Positions 38,728-48,767 of a stretch of DNA of 64,000 bases are shown here, piece by piece. The stretch is from contig CAVGEY010000008.1 of NCBI GenBank assembly GCA_963628435.1, positions 12,614 to 76,613 of the forward strand, given 5' to 3'. A program made the position numbers and the translations under genes. The stretch comes from a bacterium. GTDB taxonomy: Bacteria > Bacillota > Clostridia > Oscillospirales > CAG-272. The notes beneath the pieces were generated by a model, which was not told the origin of the DNA, made no database searches, and saw nothing but the letters and a program-made list of their open reading frames with translations. Within the stretch, counting starts at the first letter, position 1; each line of letters opens with the position of its first letter.

Positions 38728-39236
38728 TAAAACATTCCCTCTATCGGATTAACATAAACACCGTCGGTCAGGTCAACTCTGTCTATAAATTCGCCGACGG
38801 CGGGAAACAAAAACTTGCGGTTATCGAACGATGTAATCTCATATATGTCGGATGCACCGTTATTGATTACATCGGTAATTTTCCCGTAAACTCTTCCGCT
38901 TTTCGCATCGATAACCGAGAGACCGAGCAAATCGGCGATATAATATGATCCTGCGCTCAATGCAGGAAGATCGGCTCTGTCGGCAAACAGGAATTTCTCT
39001 TTGAAAGTTGCCGCAAACTCTCTCGAATCGATGCCGACAAGATGCACAAGCAAAACGTTCGGTTTATAGACCGATTTCTTATTCATTTTGTACTCGCGGT
39101 ATTCGTTTTTTTCTTTCAAAAAAACCCTGTCAATACCGATAAAGACCTCCGGACTGTCGCAAAGACAGTATACCGTCATGTCGCCCGAAATTCCGTGAGT
39201 ATTTTGTATCTTTCCTATTTCAAGATATTTTTTCAT
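38727..39236 (-). CDS. rimM: Ribosome maturation factor RimM
   Basis: 169 aa. EIGKIQNTHGISGDMTV N-terminal motif. Directly upstream of trmD (1-nt overlap). Confidence 0.9.
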   Translation of the reverse strand: MKKYLEIGKIQNTHGISGDMTVYCLCDSPEVFIGIDRVFLKEKNEYREYKMNKKSVYKPNVLLVHLVGIDSREFAATFKEKFLFADRADLPALSAGSYYIADLLGLSVIDAKSGRVYGKITDVINNGASDIYEITSFDNRKFLFPAVGEFIDRVDLTDGVYVNPIEGMF

Positions 39237-39252
39237 ATACCTTCCGCCGATT

Positions 39253-39789
39253 TCATTTGTTTTTTTCGGTTAACACGCCGACTATCTCGCATATATAAAC
39301 ATAATGGTAATCTTTCAGGGGATAGCACTTACCGTCAACCGCCTCATCAATCATATTTTCGGGTTTGATTTTATCCTTGTAAATCTTTTTCAAAAGATAT
39401 ATTTTTTCGGCTTCTTCAACGCTGTAAAAATTGCCGTATTTAAGCTGTGTAAAACCGCATTCTCCGACTTTATCGGTATCGCGGCCGCTTTTTGTCCCGC
39501 AGAGGCTCAGCTTATCTCTGTATTTTTCGTCAAAAACCGCCGCAGTGAGAAATTCCGACTTATCAATCAGTCCGTTTGTGTATCTTTGAGGCCTTACAAA
39601 CAGAGTGCATACCGGCTTACCCCAAAGAACGCCCATCATTCCCCAGCTTGCGGTCATTAGGTTTGTCTTTCCTTTTTCGGCATCTTCGCATCCTATCAGC
39701 AGCCACTTTTTTCCTATCTCGGTAAAAATACCGAAATCATCGTTCGCGGGATCTATTTTCTCAAATTCAAACAAATTGTTGTTATCCAT
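39253..39789 (-). CDS. Flavin reductase-like domain protein
   Basis: 178 aa. NLMTASWGMMGVLWGKPVCTLFVRPQRYT and CGTKSGRDTDKV motifs typical of the flavin reductase-like (flavoredoxin) fold. Confidence 0.7.
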   Translation of the reverse strand: MDNNNLFEFEKIDPANDDFGIFTEIGKKWLLIGCEDAEKGKTNLMTASWGMMGVLWGKPVCTLFVRPQRYTNGLIDKSEFLTAAVFDEKYRDKLSLCGTKSGRDTDKVGECGFTQLKYGNFYSVEEAEKIYLLKKIYKDKIKPENMIDEAVDGKCYPLKDYHYVYICEIVGVLTEKNK

Positions 39790-39942
39790 ACTCTCCTCCT
39801 GTAATGCCGCACAAAACCGGCGTTTTGCAAACCCATATTTGATGACGGTTAAATATCAAAAACGAGAATTTTCATATTTTATTTTTTTCGAGGATATTAT
39901 ATACTTTTTTCCCTATTTCGTCAATAGATTTTACTAAATTGC

Positions 39943-39971
39943 TTTACATTTGATTTTGTTTATGTTATAAT
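39943..39971 (+). promoter_or_regulatory. Extended -10 promoter of yybS-gdpP-rplI-dnaB
   Basis: TTTACA (39943-39948), 17-nt spacer, TGt-TATAAT (39963-39971). Confidence 0.5.
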
Positions 39972-40032
39972 ACTAAATAATTGCGGCTTAGGTAAAGGCA
40001 GAAATCAAGTAAGTATCAAAGGAATTTACCGT

Positions 40033-41091
40033 ATGGAACACACAAACGAAAACAATATGCCGAAGATTCCGTCTCAAACAGTCTCGTATATATTTTTGAT
40101 TATAGCGATGGCAATAGGTGCCCTGTCCGGAATTGTCGGAGCAAATTTGATTTTCAACATCATAGCGATCACGCTTGCATCTGTTTCTTTTCTGTCGCTT
40201 TCCCGCGCAAGCATAAAACGGATACTCGTTATGGCCGCCGCTTCGCTGTTGGTATCAACCGCGATTTCGGCATCGGTATGTCTGATTATAAGCGGAAAAT
40301 TTGTATTTTCATCGCTGTCATCGGCAATATATGCCCCGGTGGCTCTTACTGTTGCCTTATCGGTTTACAAACTGAAAACGCGTCTTTTTACCGAAACGAT
40401 TTCAACCGTTATACTGTTTTTGCTTTATATTGCTCTGCTTGCCGCAGTTATATTAGATTTATACGGCAAAATCGATTTGTCGGTATTTAATCAGCTTGAG
40501 TCCGACATCAAAAATTATCTCAGTGAGGTCATATCCGCCGTTAATCAGTCATATATTGAGGCAGGGGCAACTCAGCTCATCGGAGAGAGCGAATCCGAAA
40601 ATTTTATAAGCAACATTTTAATATACTTCAAACTGTTTTTGCCGAGCATCTTTTTTCTCATGTCGATGGTTACCGTTCATATCTCAACCGGAATTTTCAG
40701 ACGGATACTGCTCGGATTCTACTTCGGAAAAATTCATCTGTCCGATTGGTATCTCTATCCCAGCGTAACATCGGCAAGCGTATATCTGATTTCGATTGTG
40801 GCTGTTACCGTATTTGAGACTGTCGGTATGTTTTCGGAATCGTCGATAATCACGGCATTTGTTTTCGGATTCGGAAATCTTGCACTTATCACTCTCATTC
40901 CGTCATGCTCGCTCGGCTTCCGGCAGGTTATCGCAAACATCAAAGCGCGTCGCCCTCAAACAATATTTTCGATAGCGATACTGATTATGGTTCTCTGCTG
41001 CAATCCCGCTCTTTTGCCGATTTTCCTTGCAATATCCGGTTCGGTAAACTTTTTGACATCGGTATATACGGCAAAAAAAAGCAGGCAATAA
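40033..41091 (+). CDS. yybS: YybS-like membrane protein (DUF2232)
   Basis: 352 aa polytopic protein. The position immediately upstream of gdpP-rplI-dnaB matches the conserved Firmicutes yybS-yybT-rplI-dnaC block. Confidence 0.7.
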   Translation: MEHTNENNMPKIPSQTVSYIFLIIAMAIGALSGIVGANLIFNIIAITLASVSFLSLSRASIKRILVMAAASLLVSTAISASVCLIISGKFVFSSLSSAIYAPVALTVALSVYKLKTRLFTETISTVILFLLYIALLAAVILDLYGKIDLSVFNQLESDIKNYLSEVISAVNQSYIEAGATQLIGESESENFISNILIYFKLFLPSIFFLMSMVTVHISTGIFRRILLGFYFGKIHLSDWYLYPSVTSASVYLISIVAVTVFETVGMFSESSIITAFVFGFGNLALITLIPSCSLGFRQVIANIKARRPQTIFSIAILIMVLCCNPALLPIFLAISGSVNFLTSVYTAKKSRQ

Positions 41092-41155
41092 AGCATATCG
41101 AAACTCGCAAACCGATACAATAAAATTACAATAAGTCGAAAGGACAAACCGGCAC

Positions 41156-43192
41156 ATGAAAAAAAAGCTGCAAGATCTGTTAAAGCCATATTCCGCGCGG
41201 CTGCTCCTATTGATTCTTCCGGCAATTTTTGCACTGATAATTCTTCAATATCTGACCGCAAATTCCGACAGTGATGCGGGCAGAACAACGGCATTCATTC
41301 TTACGGCATTCATTTATGTAATCACCGTACTCATTTTATTCGGGTTAACCGACAGAATCGTCAAAAACAATAAAAGCATACCCGATATTGCGAAGAAATA
41401 CAATCCGAACGTAAATGCCCTTCTCTACAATTCAATCAGTTCTCCGATTGTCGCCTGCGATCCGCATGGCGTAATCAGATGGGGAAACAAAGCATTCAGG
41501 GATATTTCGGACAAAATAAGTCCGAAGGTAAGAAAATTTTCGGATGTTGCAGATGTCGGAATCGATCAGGTCAAATCGACCATAGACGGCGGCAAGGAAT
41601 GTCTTCTGACCGTGGACGGCAGAAATTACCGAATCGAAGGGCGTCTGCTTGACAGCGGCGACGAGTCTTTGTATATTACGGTATGGTATGACGTTACCGA
41701 AGCGGAAAAGAGGAAAAACGAATTTGAAGAAAACGACGCTCTTGTCGCATATATTTTCATTGACAATCTGGAAGAACTTTCTCAAATCGAAAAAGACAAT
41801 TTCGGATTTGCCACCGCAGATGCCGAGCGCATACTTTTTGACTGGGCGGCAAGTATAAATGCGGTGCTCGTAAATTATGAGCGCGACAAGTTTATTCTCT
41901 TCTACAAGGCAAAATACCTGAAATCGTTTATCGATGACAAATTCGAGATACTCGACAGAATCCGCGACATCCGTGTAGGTTCCAACTATCTGCCGATTAC
42001 CATATCAATCGGAACATCAAATGTCGGCAGCAGCTTTAAGGAAAAGCGTGACAATGCATATTCGGCGCTCAGATTCGCTCTTGCCAAGGGCGGCGATCAG
42101 GCTATTGTAAAAACCGACAAATTCAGCTATTTCTTCGGAGGAATGACAAAAACATCGCAAAAACGTTCCTCGGTCAAATCGCAGACAATCGCGCGCGCTC
42201 TGTCGTCCTATATTTGTCAGGCATCCAATGTGCTTATTATGGGTCACCGTAATCCGGATTTTGACAGCATCGGCTCCTGCGTGGGAATTGCCCGTCTGTG
42301 CATGTATATGAAAGTTCCATGCAACATAATAATCGACAAAAATTCGGAAAATATAGCAAAATGCTTCACTCTTCTTGACAGCCTCGACGAATACAAAAAG
42401 ATATTTATATCGTCAATGCAGTCGGTAAATTACATAAAAGACAATACCCTGCTTATTATCTGCGACGTAAACAACAAACTGCAATTCGAAGTTTCGGACA
42501 TTGCCGAACGGATAGGCAATGTTGTTTACATCGATCATCACAGACAGACCGCCGAATTTACCACAACACCGATGCTCTCATATATTGAGCCGTCGGCATC
42601 ATCTGCCTCCGAACTTGTATCAGAAATTCTCGAACAGGTTGACGACAGACTGCTGAGGCCCGAAGAGGCCAATTTAATGTATGCGGGGATAGTTCTTGAC
42701 ACGAAGCACTTTGTTATCAATACGGGTGTCAGAACATTTGAAGCCGCAAGATATCTGCGCAGTCTCGGCGATCCGACGGCAACTCAGGAACTTTTCAGAA
42801 CAAGGCTTGACGAAATGGCGAGAGAATCGCGGTTCAAAATCGACGAAAAGCCATACCGTGACCGCATAATGATTGCCAAGAACGATTATTCGGACAATGT
42901 CGATTCCGATATAACCATAGGCGCAAAAATCGCAGACCGTCTGCTGACCATAGAAAACATCGATGCAACATTTGTAATTATGCGGCTCGGGGGCGGATTC
43001 AGAATCTCGGCAAGATCAACGGGTGAGATAAATGTGGAAACGATACTTCGGCGTCTCGGCGGCGGAGGACATTTCAATGCGGCAGGAGCTCAAGCCGACG
43101 ATGCTACCGACATAAACGAGGTTACCGACAAGCTTTTGGCATCAATTGACAAATTCATCGATGAAGAGCTTAACAAGATAGAAAACAGCTGA
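41156..43192 (+). CDS. gdpP: Cyclic-di-AMP phosphodiesterase GdpP
   Basis: 678 aa. Two N-terminal TM helices, a PAS-like region, a degenerate GGDEF region, DHH motifs (MGHRNPDFDSIGS, IDHHR) and DHHA1 GGGGH. Confidence 0.92.
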   Translation: MKKKLQDLLKPYSARLLLLILPAIFALIILQYLTANSDSDAGRTTAFILTAFIYVITVLILFGLTDRIVKNNKSIPDIAKKYNPNVNALLYNSISSPIVACDPHGVIRWGNKAFRDISDKISPKVRKFSDVADVGIDQVKSTIDGGKECLLTVDGRNYRIEGRLLDSGDESLYITVWYDVTEAEKRKNEFEENDALVAYIFIDNLEELSQIEKDNFGFATADAERILFDWAASINAVLVNYERDKFILFYKAKYLKSFIDDKFEILDRIRDIRVGSNYLPITISIGTSNVGSSFKEKRDNAYSALRFALAKGGDQAIVKTDKFSYFFGGMTKTSQKRSSVKSQTIARALSSYICQASNVLIMGHRNPDFDSIGSCVGIARLCMYMKVPCNIIIDKNSENIAKCFTLLDSLDEYKKIFISSMQSVNYIKDNTLLIICDVNNKLQFEVSDIAERIGNVVYIDHHRQTAEFTTTPMLSYIEPSASSASELVSEILEQVDDRLLRPEEANLMYAGIVLDTKHFVINTGVRTFEAARYLRSLGDPTATQELFRTRLDEMARESRFKIDEKPYRDRIMIAKNDYSDNVDSDITIGAKIADRLLTIENIDATFVIMRLGGGFRISARSTGEINVETILRRLGGGGHFNAAGAQADDATDINEVTDKLLASIDKFIDEELNKIENS

Positions 43193-43237
43193 TTTATTGT
43201 ATAATAAATAATCTGCAAAAAAAGAAAGAGGAGCAAA

Positions 43238-43687
43238 ATGAAAGTAGTACTTACTCAGGATGTGAAATCACAGGGAAAAAAAGGTGACATTGTAAATGTG
43301 TCCGACGGCTATGCGCGCAATTTTCTTTTTCCGAAAAAACTCGCCGTTGAAGCCGATTCAAAGATAATAAACGAGCTGAAAAGCAAAGCGGATTCGCAGA
43401 AGTTCAAAATCGAAACCGAACGTGCCGAGGCGGCGGCTCTTGCGAAAAAGATTGACGGTATGATGATTGATTTTGCCATTCCGTCCGGAAGCGATACCAA
43501 GCTTTACGGTTCTGTTACATCAAAAGAGATTGCCGAAAAAGTTTCAAAAGAGTGCGGTGCCGCAATAGACAAGAGAAAAGTCGTTCTCGATAAACCCATT
43601 AAAACATACGGAATTTACACGATAGACATAAAGCTGTATACCGATATATCGGCAAAAATCAAAATCGAAATCCACAATGTAAAATAA
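43238..43687 (+). CDS. rplI: 50S ribosomal protein L9
   Basis: 149 aa. [36 protein letters not shown]. Confidence 0.97.
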   Translation: MKVVLTQDVKSQGKKGDIVNVSDGYARNFLFPKKLAVEADSKIINELKSKADSQKFKIETERAEAAALAKKIDGMMIDFAIPSGSDTKLYGSVTSKEIAEKVSKECGAAIDKRKVVLDKPIKTYGIYTIDIKLYTDISAKIKIEIHNVK

Positions 43688-43708
43688 AATCGAAAGGCGT
43701 GCATTTTT

Positions 43709-45040
43709 ATGGCTACCGACAGCATGAGAAAGCTTCCGTTTTCATTGGAGGCAGAACAGTCAGTGCTCGGCTCGATTCTTATCGATCCGGAGTCGCTTAA
43801 CGAAATAGCGACAATTATTACTGCCGACGATTTTTATCTTTCAGAGCACAGAGAGATATATTCGGCAATGCAAAAGCTATTCCTTCAAAGCCGTCAAATC
43901 GATCCTGTCACCCTGATGGATGTGCTTGTAAAAAACGACGTATATGATTCCGAACAATCAAAGAGCTACATTCACACACTCGTCGAAACAGTTCCGTCAA
44001 CGCAGAATGTTAAAGATTATGCGACGATAATCCGCGACAAAAGTCTGCTCAGACAACTTATAAAGGTTGCGGAAGAAATATACGAAGATGCATACGCCGC
44101 ACAGGATCGCGCATCCGACATTATAAATCAGGCGGAAGCCAAAGTATTTGAAATTGCTCAAACAAAAGAGCAGCATGATTTTACTCACATTAAAGATGTA
44201 ATTCTGTCCACCTACCGCCAGATTAAGGATGTTGCCGACAACAAAGAGGATGCAATAGGAACAAAGACCGGATTTTCGGTTATTGACAACATACTCATCG
44301 GAATGGGAAAAAGCGATCTTGTACTCGTCGGAGCACGCCCCGGCATGGGTAAAACATCGCTTGCGCTTAACATTGCGACAAATGTAGCAAAGCAAAGCGG
44401 CAAGGCAGTATGCATATTCTCGCTCGAAATGTCAAAGGAAGAGCTTGTATCGAGAATGCTGTCATCCGAGGCACTGATTGAAAGCAATGTTATGCGCAGC
44501 GGTATGCTTTCAACTGAAGACTGGTCAAAACTTTCGGTTGCGACATCCATGCTTGCCGATACGGAAATTTACATTGACGACACAACGAATATAACTGTAA
44601 CCGGAATGAAATCGAAACTCAGAAGGATGAAAAATCTGGGGCTTGTCGTAGTTGACTATCTCGGACTGATGAATTCCGACCGAAGAATCGAAAACCGCGT
44701 TCAGGAAGTAGCCGACATTTCGAGAAATCTGAAAATCATGGCAAAAGAACTTCATGTACCCGTGATTTGCTGTGCGCAGCTTTCACGTGGTCCGGAAAGC
44801 AGAACAGACAAGCGTCCTATGCTTTCGGATTTGCGTGATTCGGGTGCAATCGAGCAGGATGCCGATGTCGTTATGTTTATCTATCGCGATGAATATTACA
44901 AAGACGATCCCGAAAAGCAGAACACCGCGGAAATAATCATCGCAAAAAACCGTCACGGCGGAACCGGACGGGTTGATGTGGGATGGTTCGGAAAATACAC
45001 CAAATTCACCACACTTGAAAACAGAGAGGAACCGAATTGA
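43709..45040 (+). CDS. dnaB: Replicative DNA helicase
   Basis: 443 aa. LPFSLEAEQSVLGSILIDPE, Walker A GARPGMGKTS, and SRGPESRTDKRPMLSDLRDSGAIEQDADVV. Confidence 0.96.
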   Translation: MATDSMRKLPFSLEAEQSVLGSILIDPESLNEIATIITADDFYLSEHREIYSAMQKLFLQSRQIDPVTLMDVLVKNDVYDSEQSKSYIHTLVETVPSTQNVKDYATIIRDKSLLRQLIKVAEEIYEDAYAAQDRASDIINQAEAKVFEIAQTKEQHDFTHIKDVILSTYRQIKDVADNKEDAIGTKTGFSVIDNILIGMGKSDLVLVGARPGMGKTSLALNIATNVAKQSGKAVCIFSLEMSKEELVSRMLSSEALIESNVMRSGMLSTEDWSKLSVATSMLADTEIYIDDTTNITVTGMKSKLRRMKNLGLVVVDYLGLMNSDRRIENRVQEVADISRNLKIMAKELHVPVICCAQLSRGPESRTDKRPMLSDLRDSGAIEQDADVVMFIYRDEYYKDDPEKQNTAEIIIAKNRHGGTGRVDVGWFGKYTKFTTLENREEPN

Positions 45041-46506
45041 TGAGTGGGCACTCAATCAATCCAACCGAAAAAAAAGTTTTCGACTTTATAAAATCCGAGC
45101 GTATGCTTGACGGATGCGAATCGGTTGCGGTAGGGCTTTCGGGAGGTGCCGACTCGGTCGCTCTCCTTCATATTTTATCGCTTTATTGTTCGAGATGCGG
45201 TATTAAAGTCTATGCTTTTCATGTCCATCACGGAATTCGCGGAGACACGGCCGACCGTGATCTCGAATTCTGCCAAAAGCTGTGCCGTGACAGAAATATC
45301 GGATTCGGATTTATTCGGCTGGATGTTCCCGCCGCAGCAGCAAAGTGCGGGCGGGGCATCGAAGAAGTTGCCCGCGATATGCGATATGCGGCACTGGAAG
45401 AATTTCGTGTCGAAAACGGTATTGACAGAATCGCCGTTGCGCATCATGCAGATGATAATCTTGAAACGCTTATATTCAATCTTGTACGCGGATCGTCATC
45501 AAAGGGCGGATGCGCCATTCCTCCGATACGCGGAAAAATAATACGTCCGCTGCTGACAGTTACAAAAGAGGAAGTTCTCGACTATATCAAATCATGCGGT
45601 TTGGAATATGTTACCGATGAGACGAACTTTGATGAATCATATACAAGAAATTTCATACGCGCGCAGATAGTTCCGAATCTGAAAAAAATCAATCCGTCGG
45701 TATGCGAGGCGGCAGGTCGTTTTACAGAGTCACTGCGTACCGACTGCGATTATCTGGATAAGCTCGCAAGAGCTTATATCGGTGAAAATTCTTGTGCTCT
45801 GCTGTCATCTCTTGACGATGCGATTCTATACAGATTGATAAACCAAAAATACTCGGCAGTCAGCTGCGGCACACGTTTATCAAAATGTCATCTTGACGCG
45901 ATAAGTTCGCTGATAAGAAATTCAGCCGACAGAAGTTCACTTAATCTGCCCGGCGGCATTACGGCACGGATATGTGACGGTGAGCTTCGTTTTACATCGG
46001 ATAATCGGTGCGGGGACTGCGAAATTTGCGGATTTTCACCTTATCTGCAAGAACTTAATCTCGGTGAAAACTATATAAAACAGGCAGACGGATTTATCTG
46101 TTTATGGAACAAAATCGGCCCCGAAGAAGAAAAAATAATTGAGGAAAAACAAAATATTTACAAATTGGCAATACACAAATCATTTGCATTTGATAGAATA
46201 CCAAGCGGTGGTCTGAAAGTGAGATCAAGACTTGACGGCGACAGAATCAGATTCGGAAACATGACAAGAAAAGTCAAAAAACTGTTCTGCGACGGCAAAA
46301 TACCATTAGGGATGCGTTCGGTTTATCCGATTATAACCGACGGCGAAGGAATTTTATGGATTCCCGGTTTTCCGGCAAGGGATGGTATGACTGTGAATGA
46401 TAATGCACGCGGTGACTGCCTTACGGTATACTGTTTCTTTTTCCGTAAATCTGAACACGACTCTGCAATGACAGACAATACCCCAATAAAACGGAGGAAA
46501 TTATGA
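45040..46506 (+). CDS. tilS: tRNA(Ile)-lysidine synthetase
   Basis: PP-loop GLSGGADSVALLH. ATG 45040 overlaps the dnaB stop (TGATG); the track starts at TTG 45037. Confidence 0.92.
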   Translation: MSGHSINPTEKKVFDFIKSERMLDGCESVAVGLSGGADSVALLHILSLYCSRCGIKVYAFHVHHGIRGDTADRDLEFCQKLCRDRNIGFGFIRLDVPAAAAKCGRGIEEVARDMRYAALEEFRVENGIDRIAVAHHADDNLETLIFNLVRGSSSKGGCAIPPIRGKIIRPLLTVTKEEVLDYIKSCGLEYVTDETNFDESYTRNFIRAQIVPNLKKINPSVCEAAGRFTESLRTDCDYLDKLARAYIGENSCALLSSLDDAILYRLINQKYSAVSCGTRLSKCHLDAISSLIRNSADRSSLNLPGGITARICDGELRFTSDNRCGDCEICGFSPYLQELNLGENYIKQADGFICLWNKIGPEEEKIIEEKQNIYKLAIHKSFAFDRIPSGGLKVRSRLDGDRIRFGNMTRKVKKLFCDGKIPLGMRSVYPIITDGEGILWIPGFPARDGMTVNDNARGDCLTVYCFFFRKSEHDSAMTDNTPIKRRKL

Positions 46507-48617
46507 AGGGAAACCTAAAAAAAGTTATTATTTATCTTCTTGTATTTACTTTTTTTGTTTTTGCCGCTTATTATCTTCTCGGAGACAGCGGTGAAAAGGT
46601 TACATACAAGGATATAGTAACTTACTTCCACAACATTAAGAGTAATGACGAAAATGCGATATCTGTTAAAGAGTTCGTGCTTGACGATCAGAACAAACTG
46701 ACTGTATTACTTTCAAACGGTGAGAAAATCAGTTACACAATTCAGGACCGCAGCCGCTTTTATCAGGACTGCTACAACGACTATATCTTTGATGAGTACG
46801 GCGATCCTCTGATAGATTTTGATATAAAGGAACCTACCACTTATCCCGCGTGGCTTTCGCTTTTACCCTACATAATCGTTATAGTGGCCATATTGGCGCT
46901 GTTTATCTATGTATTCAGAGAAGCGAGCGGCGGAAAAGGCTCAAAAATCAACAATTTCGGCAGAGCAAGAGCCAAAGTTTCCATTTCAGGCGACAAAAAC
47001 AAAGTAAGATTCGCCGATGTTGCGGGCGAAGACGAAGAAAAGCAGGAACTTCAGGAAGTCGTCGACTTTTTGAAGGACCCAACCAAGTTTACGAAACTCG
47101 GTGCCAAAATACCTCACGGTGTGCTTTTGATGGGCCCTCCCGGTACGGGCAAAACACTTTTGGCGAAAGCGGTTGCCGGAGAGGCGGGAGTTCCCTTTTA
47201 CTCAATTTCGGGATCCGATTTTGTGGAAATGTATGTCGGTGTCGGCGCATCACGTGTACGCGACCTTTTTGAGACGGCGCGAAAAAATCCCGCTTCAATA
47301 ATCTTCATAGACGAAATTGACGCGGTCGGACGCCACAGAGGCGCCGGTCTCGGCGGAGGTCATGACGAAAGAGAGCAGACGCTTAACCAGCTTCTCGTTG
47401 AAATGGACGGTTTCAGCGGAAACGAAGGAATTATCGTTATGGCAGCCACCAACCGTCCCGACATTCTCGATCCCGCGCTTCTCCGTCCCGGACGTTTTGA
47501 CAGACAGATTACAGTCAATTATCCCGACCTTCGCGGAAGAGTTGAAATTCTTAAAGTACATTCAAAAAACAAACCATTTGAAAAAGATGTGGATCTTGAA
47601 GTAATTGCACGCGGTACTCCCGGATTCACGGGTGCCGATCTTGCCAATCTGCTCAACGAGGCTGCTCTTCTGGCAGCGCGCCGTGGAAAAAATCTTATCG
47701 GTATGAACGATATCGAAGATTCCCAGATGAAAATCATGGTCGGAACGCAGAAAAAGACACTTCATATAAGTGAAGAAGAAAAATACAAAACCGCAATACA
47801 TGAAGCAGGTCATGCGGTTGTAAGACATCTTCTTCCCGGTCTTGATCCGGTACATCAGATTTCGATAATTCCGAGCGGACGCGCACTCGGCTACACTCTC
47901 TATCTGCCGGATGACGACAAGACGAGCGAATACAAAAACGAGCTTAAAAACGAAATCGCTTCCCTGCTTGCGGGACGCGTTGCGGAGGCGGTCTTCTTTA
48001 ACGATATATCGGGCGGCGCATCCAATGACATCAAACGTGCAACCGAAATCGCACGCAAGATGATAACACAGCTCGGTATGAGCGACAAACTCGGTCCGAT
48101 TCAGTTCGGCTCTGGCCATACCGAAGTGTTCCTCGGACGCGAACTCAGCGACGAGCAGAACTATTCAGAGAGAACCGCATCACTGATTGATGAAGAAATT
48201 CACAGTATAGTAAGCAGCGCATATTCGGTTGCCGAAAACATCATAAACGAGCACAAAGGAAAGCTTGAGTCTATTGCAAAATTCCTTATAAAGAATGAAA
48301 CAATGGACGAAAACCAGTTCAATGCTCTTATGGACAACGATCCCGAACCCACTATGGAAGAGCTCGAAGCTATGATGGATGAGAAACGCAAGAAGAGCAT
48401 TGCGGAAAACAAGGCGGAGGAAGAACGCAAAAAGCATGAGGCAGAGCTGAAAAAAGCTGAAGAAGAACAGCGGATGCGCGAAGCTGCAGCGAATTTCGGT
48501 CAGCCCGGTGATTCTTCAGATGGCGGCGAAAGTGATAACAGCGGCGATGACGTCACACAATCGGATGACAATCGTGATTCAAATAATTCCGACAACAATT
48601 TCTTTTCAGACCGCTGA
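46503..48617 (+). CDS. ftsH: ATP-dependent zinc metalloprotease FtsH
   Basis: 704 aa. [13 protein letters not shown], second region of homology and the HEAGHA zinc site. Acidic/Ser-Asp-Asn-rich C-terminal tail. ATGA overlap with tilS. Confidence 0.97.
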   Translation: MKGNLKKVIIYLLVFTFFVFAAYYLLGDSGEKVTYKDIVTYFHNIKSNDENAISVKEFVLDDQNKLTVLLSNGEKISYTIQDRSRFYQDCYNDYIFDEYGDPLIDFDIKEPTTYPAWLSLLPYIIVIVAILALFIYVFREASGGKGSKINNFGRARAKVSISGDKNKVRFADVAGEDEEKQELQEVVDFLKDPTKFTKLGAKIPHGVLLMGPPGTGKTLLAKAVAGEAGVPFYSISGSDFVEMYVGVGASRVRDLFETARKNPASIIFIDEIDAVGRHRGAGLGGGHDEREQTLNQLLVEMDGFSGNEGIIVMAATNRPDILDPALLRPGRFDRQITVNYPDLRGRVEILKVHSKNKPFEKDVDLEVIARGTPGFTGADLANLLNEAALLAARRGKNLIGMNDIEDSQMKIMVGTQKKTLHISEEEKYKTAIHEAGHAVVRHLLPGLDPVHQISIIPSGRALGYTLYLPDDDKTSEYKNELKNEIASLLAGRVAEAVFFNDISGGASNDIKRATEIARKMITQLGMSDKLGPIQFGSGHTEVFLGRELSDEQNYSERTASLIDEEIHSIVSSAYSVAENIINEHKGKLESIAKFLIKNETMDENQFNALMDNDPEPTMEELEAMMDEKRKKSIAENKAEEERKKHEAELKKAEEEQRMREAAANFGQPGDSSDGGESDNSGDDVTQSDDNRDSNNSDNNFFSDR

Positions 48618-48636
48618 TACAACCTTATAGTCAGAC

Positions 48637-48670
48637 AAAAATCCGGGATAAAATAATCCCGGATTTTTTA
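48637..48670 (+). terminator. Rho-independent terminator of ftsH
   Basis: aaaaatccggga / tcccggattttt stem (48637-48648 / 48657-48668) plus a T-run. Confidence 0.8.
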
Positions 48671-48767
48671 TATGATTTTATTTAATCTATTTGTTTACAT
48701 TAACATATTGATTTGAGCAGAGATTTATGATAAAATACAAGGCGGAAAATATGAAAGGAGCAAAAAG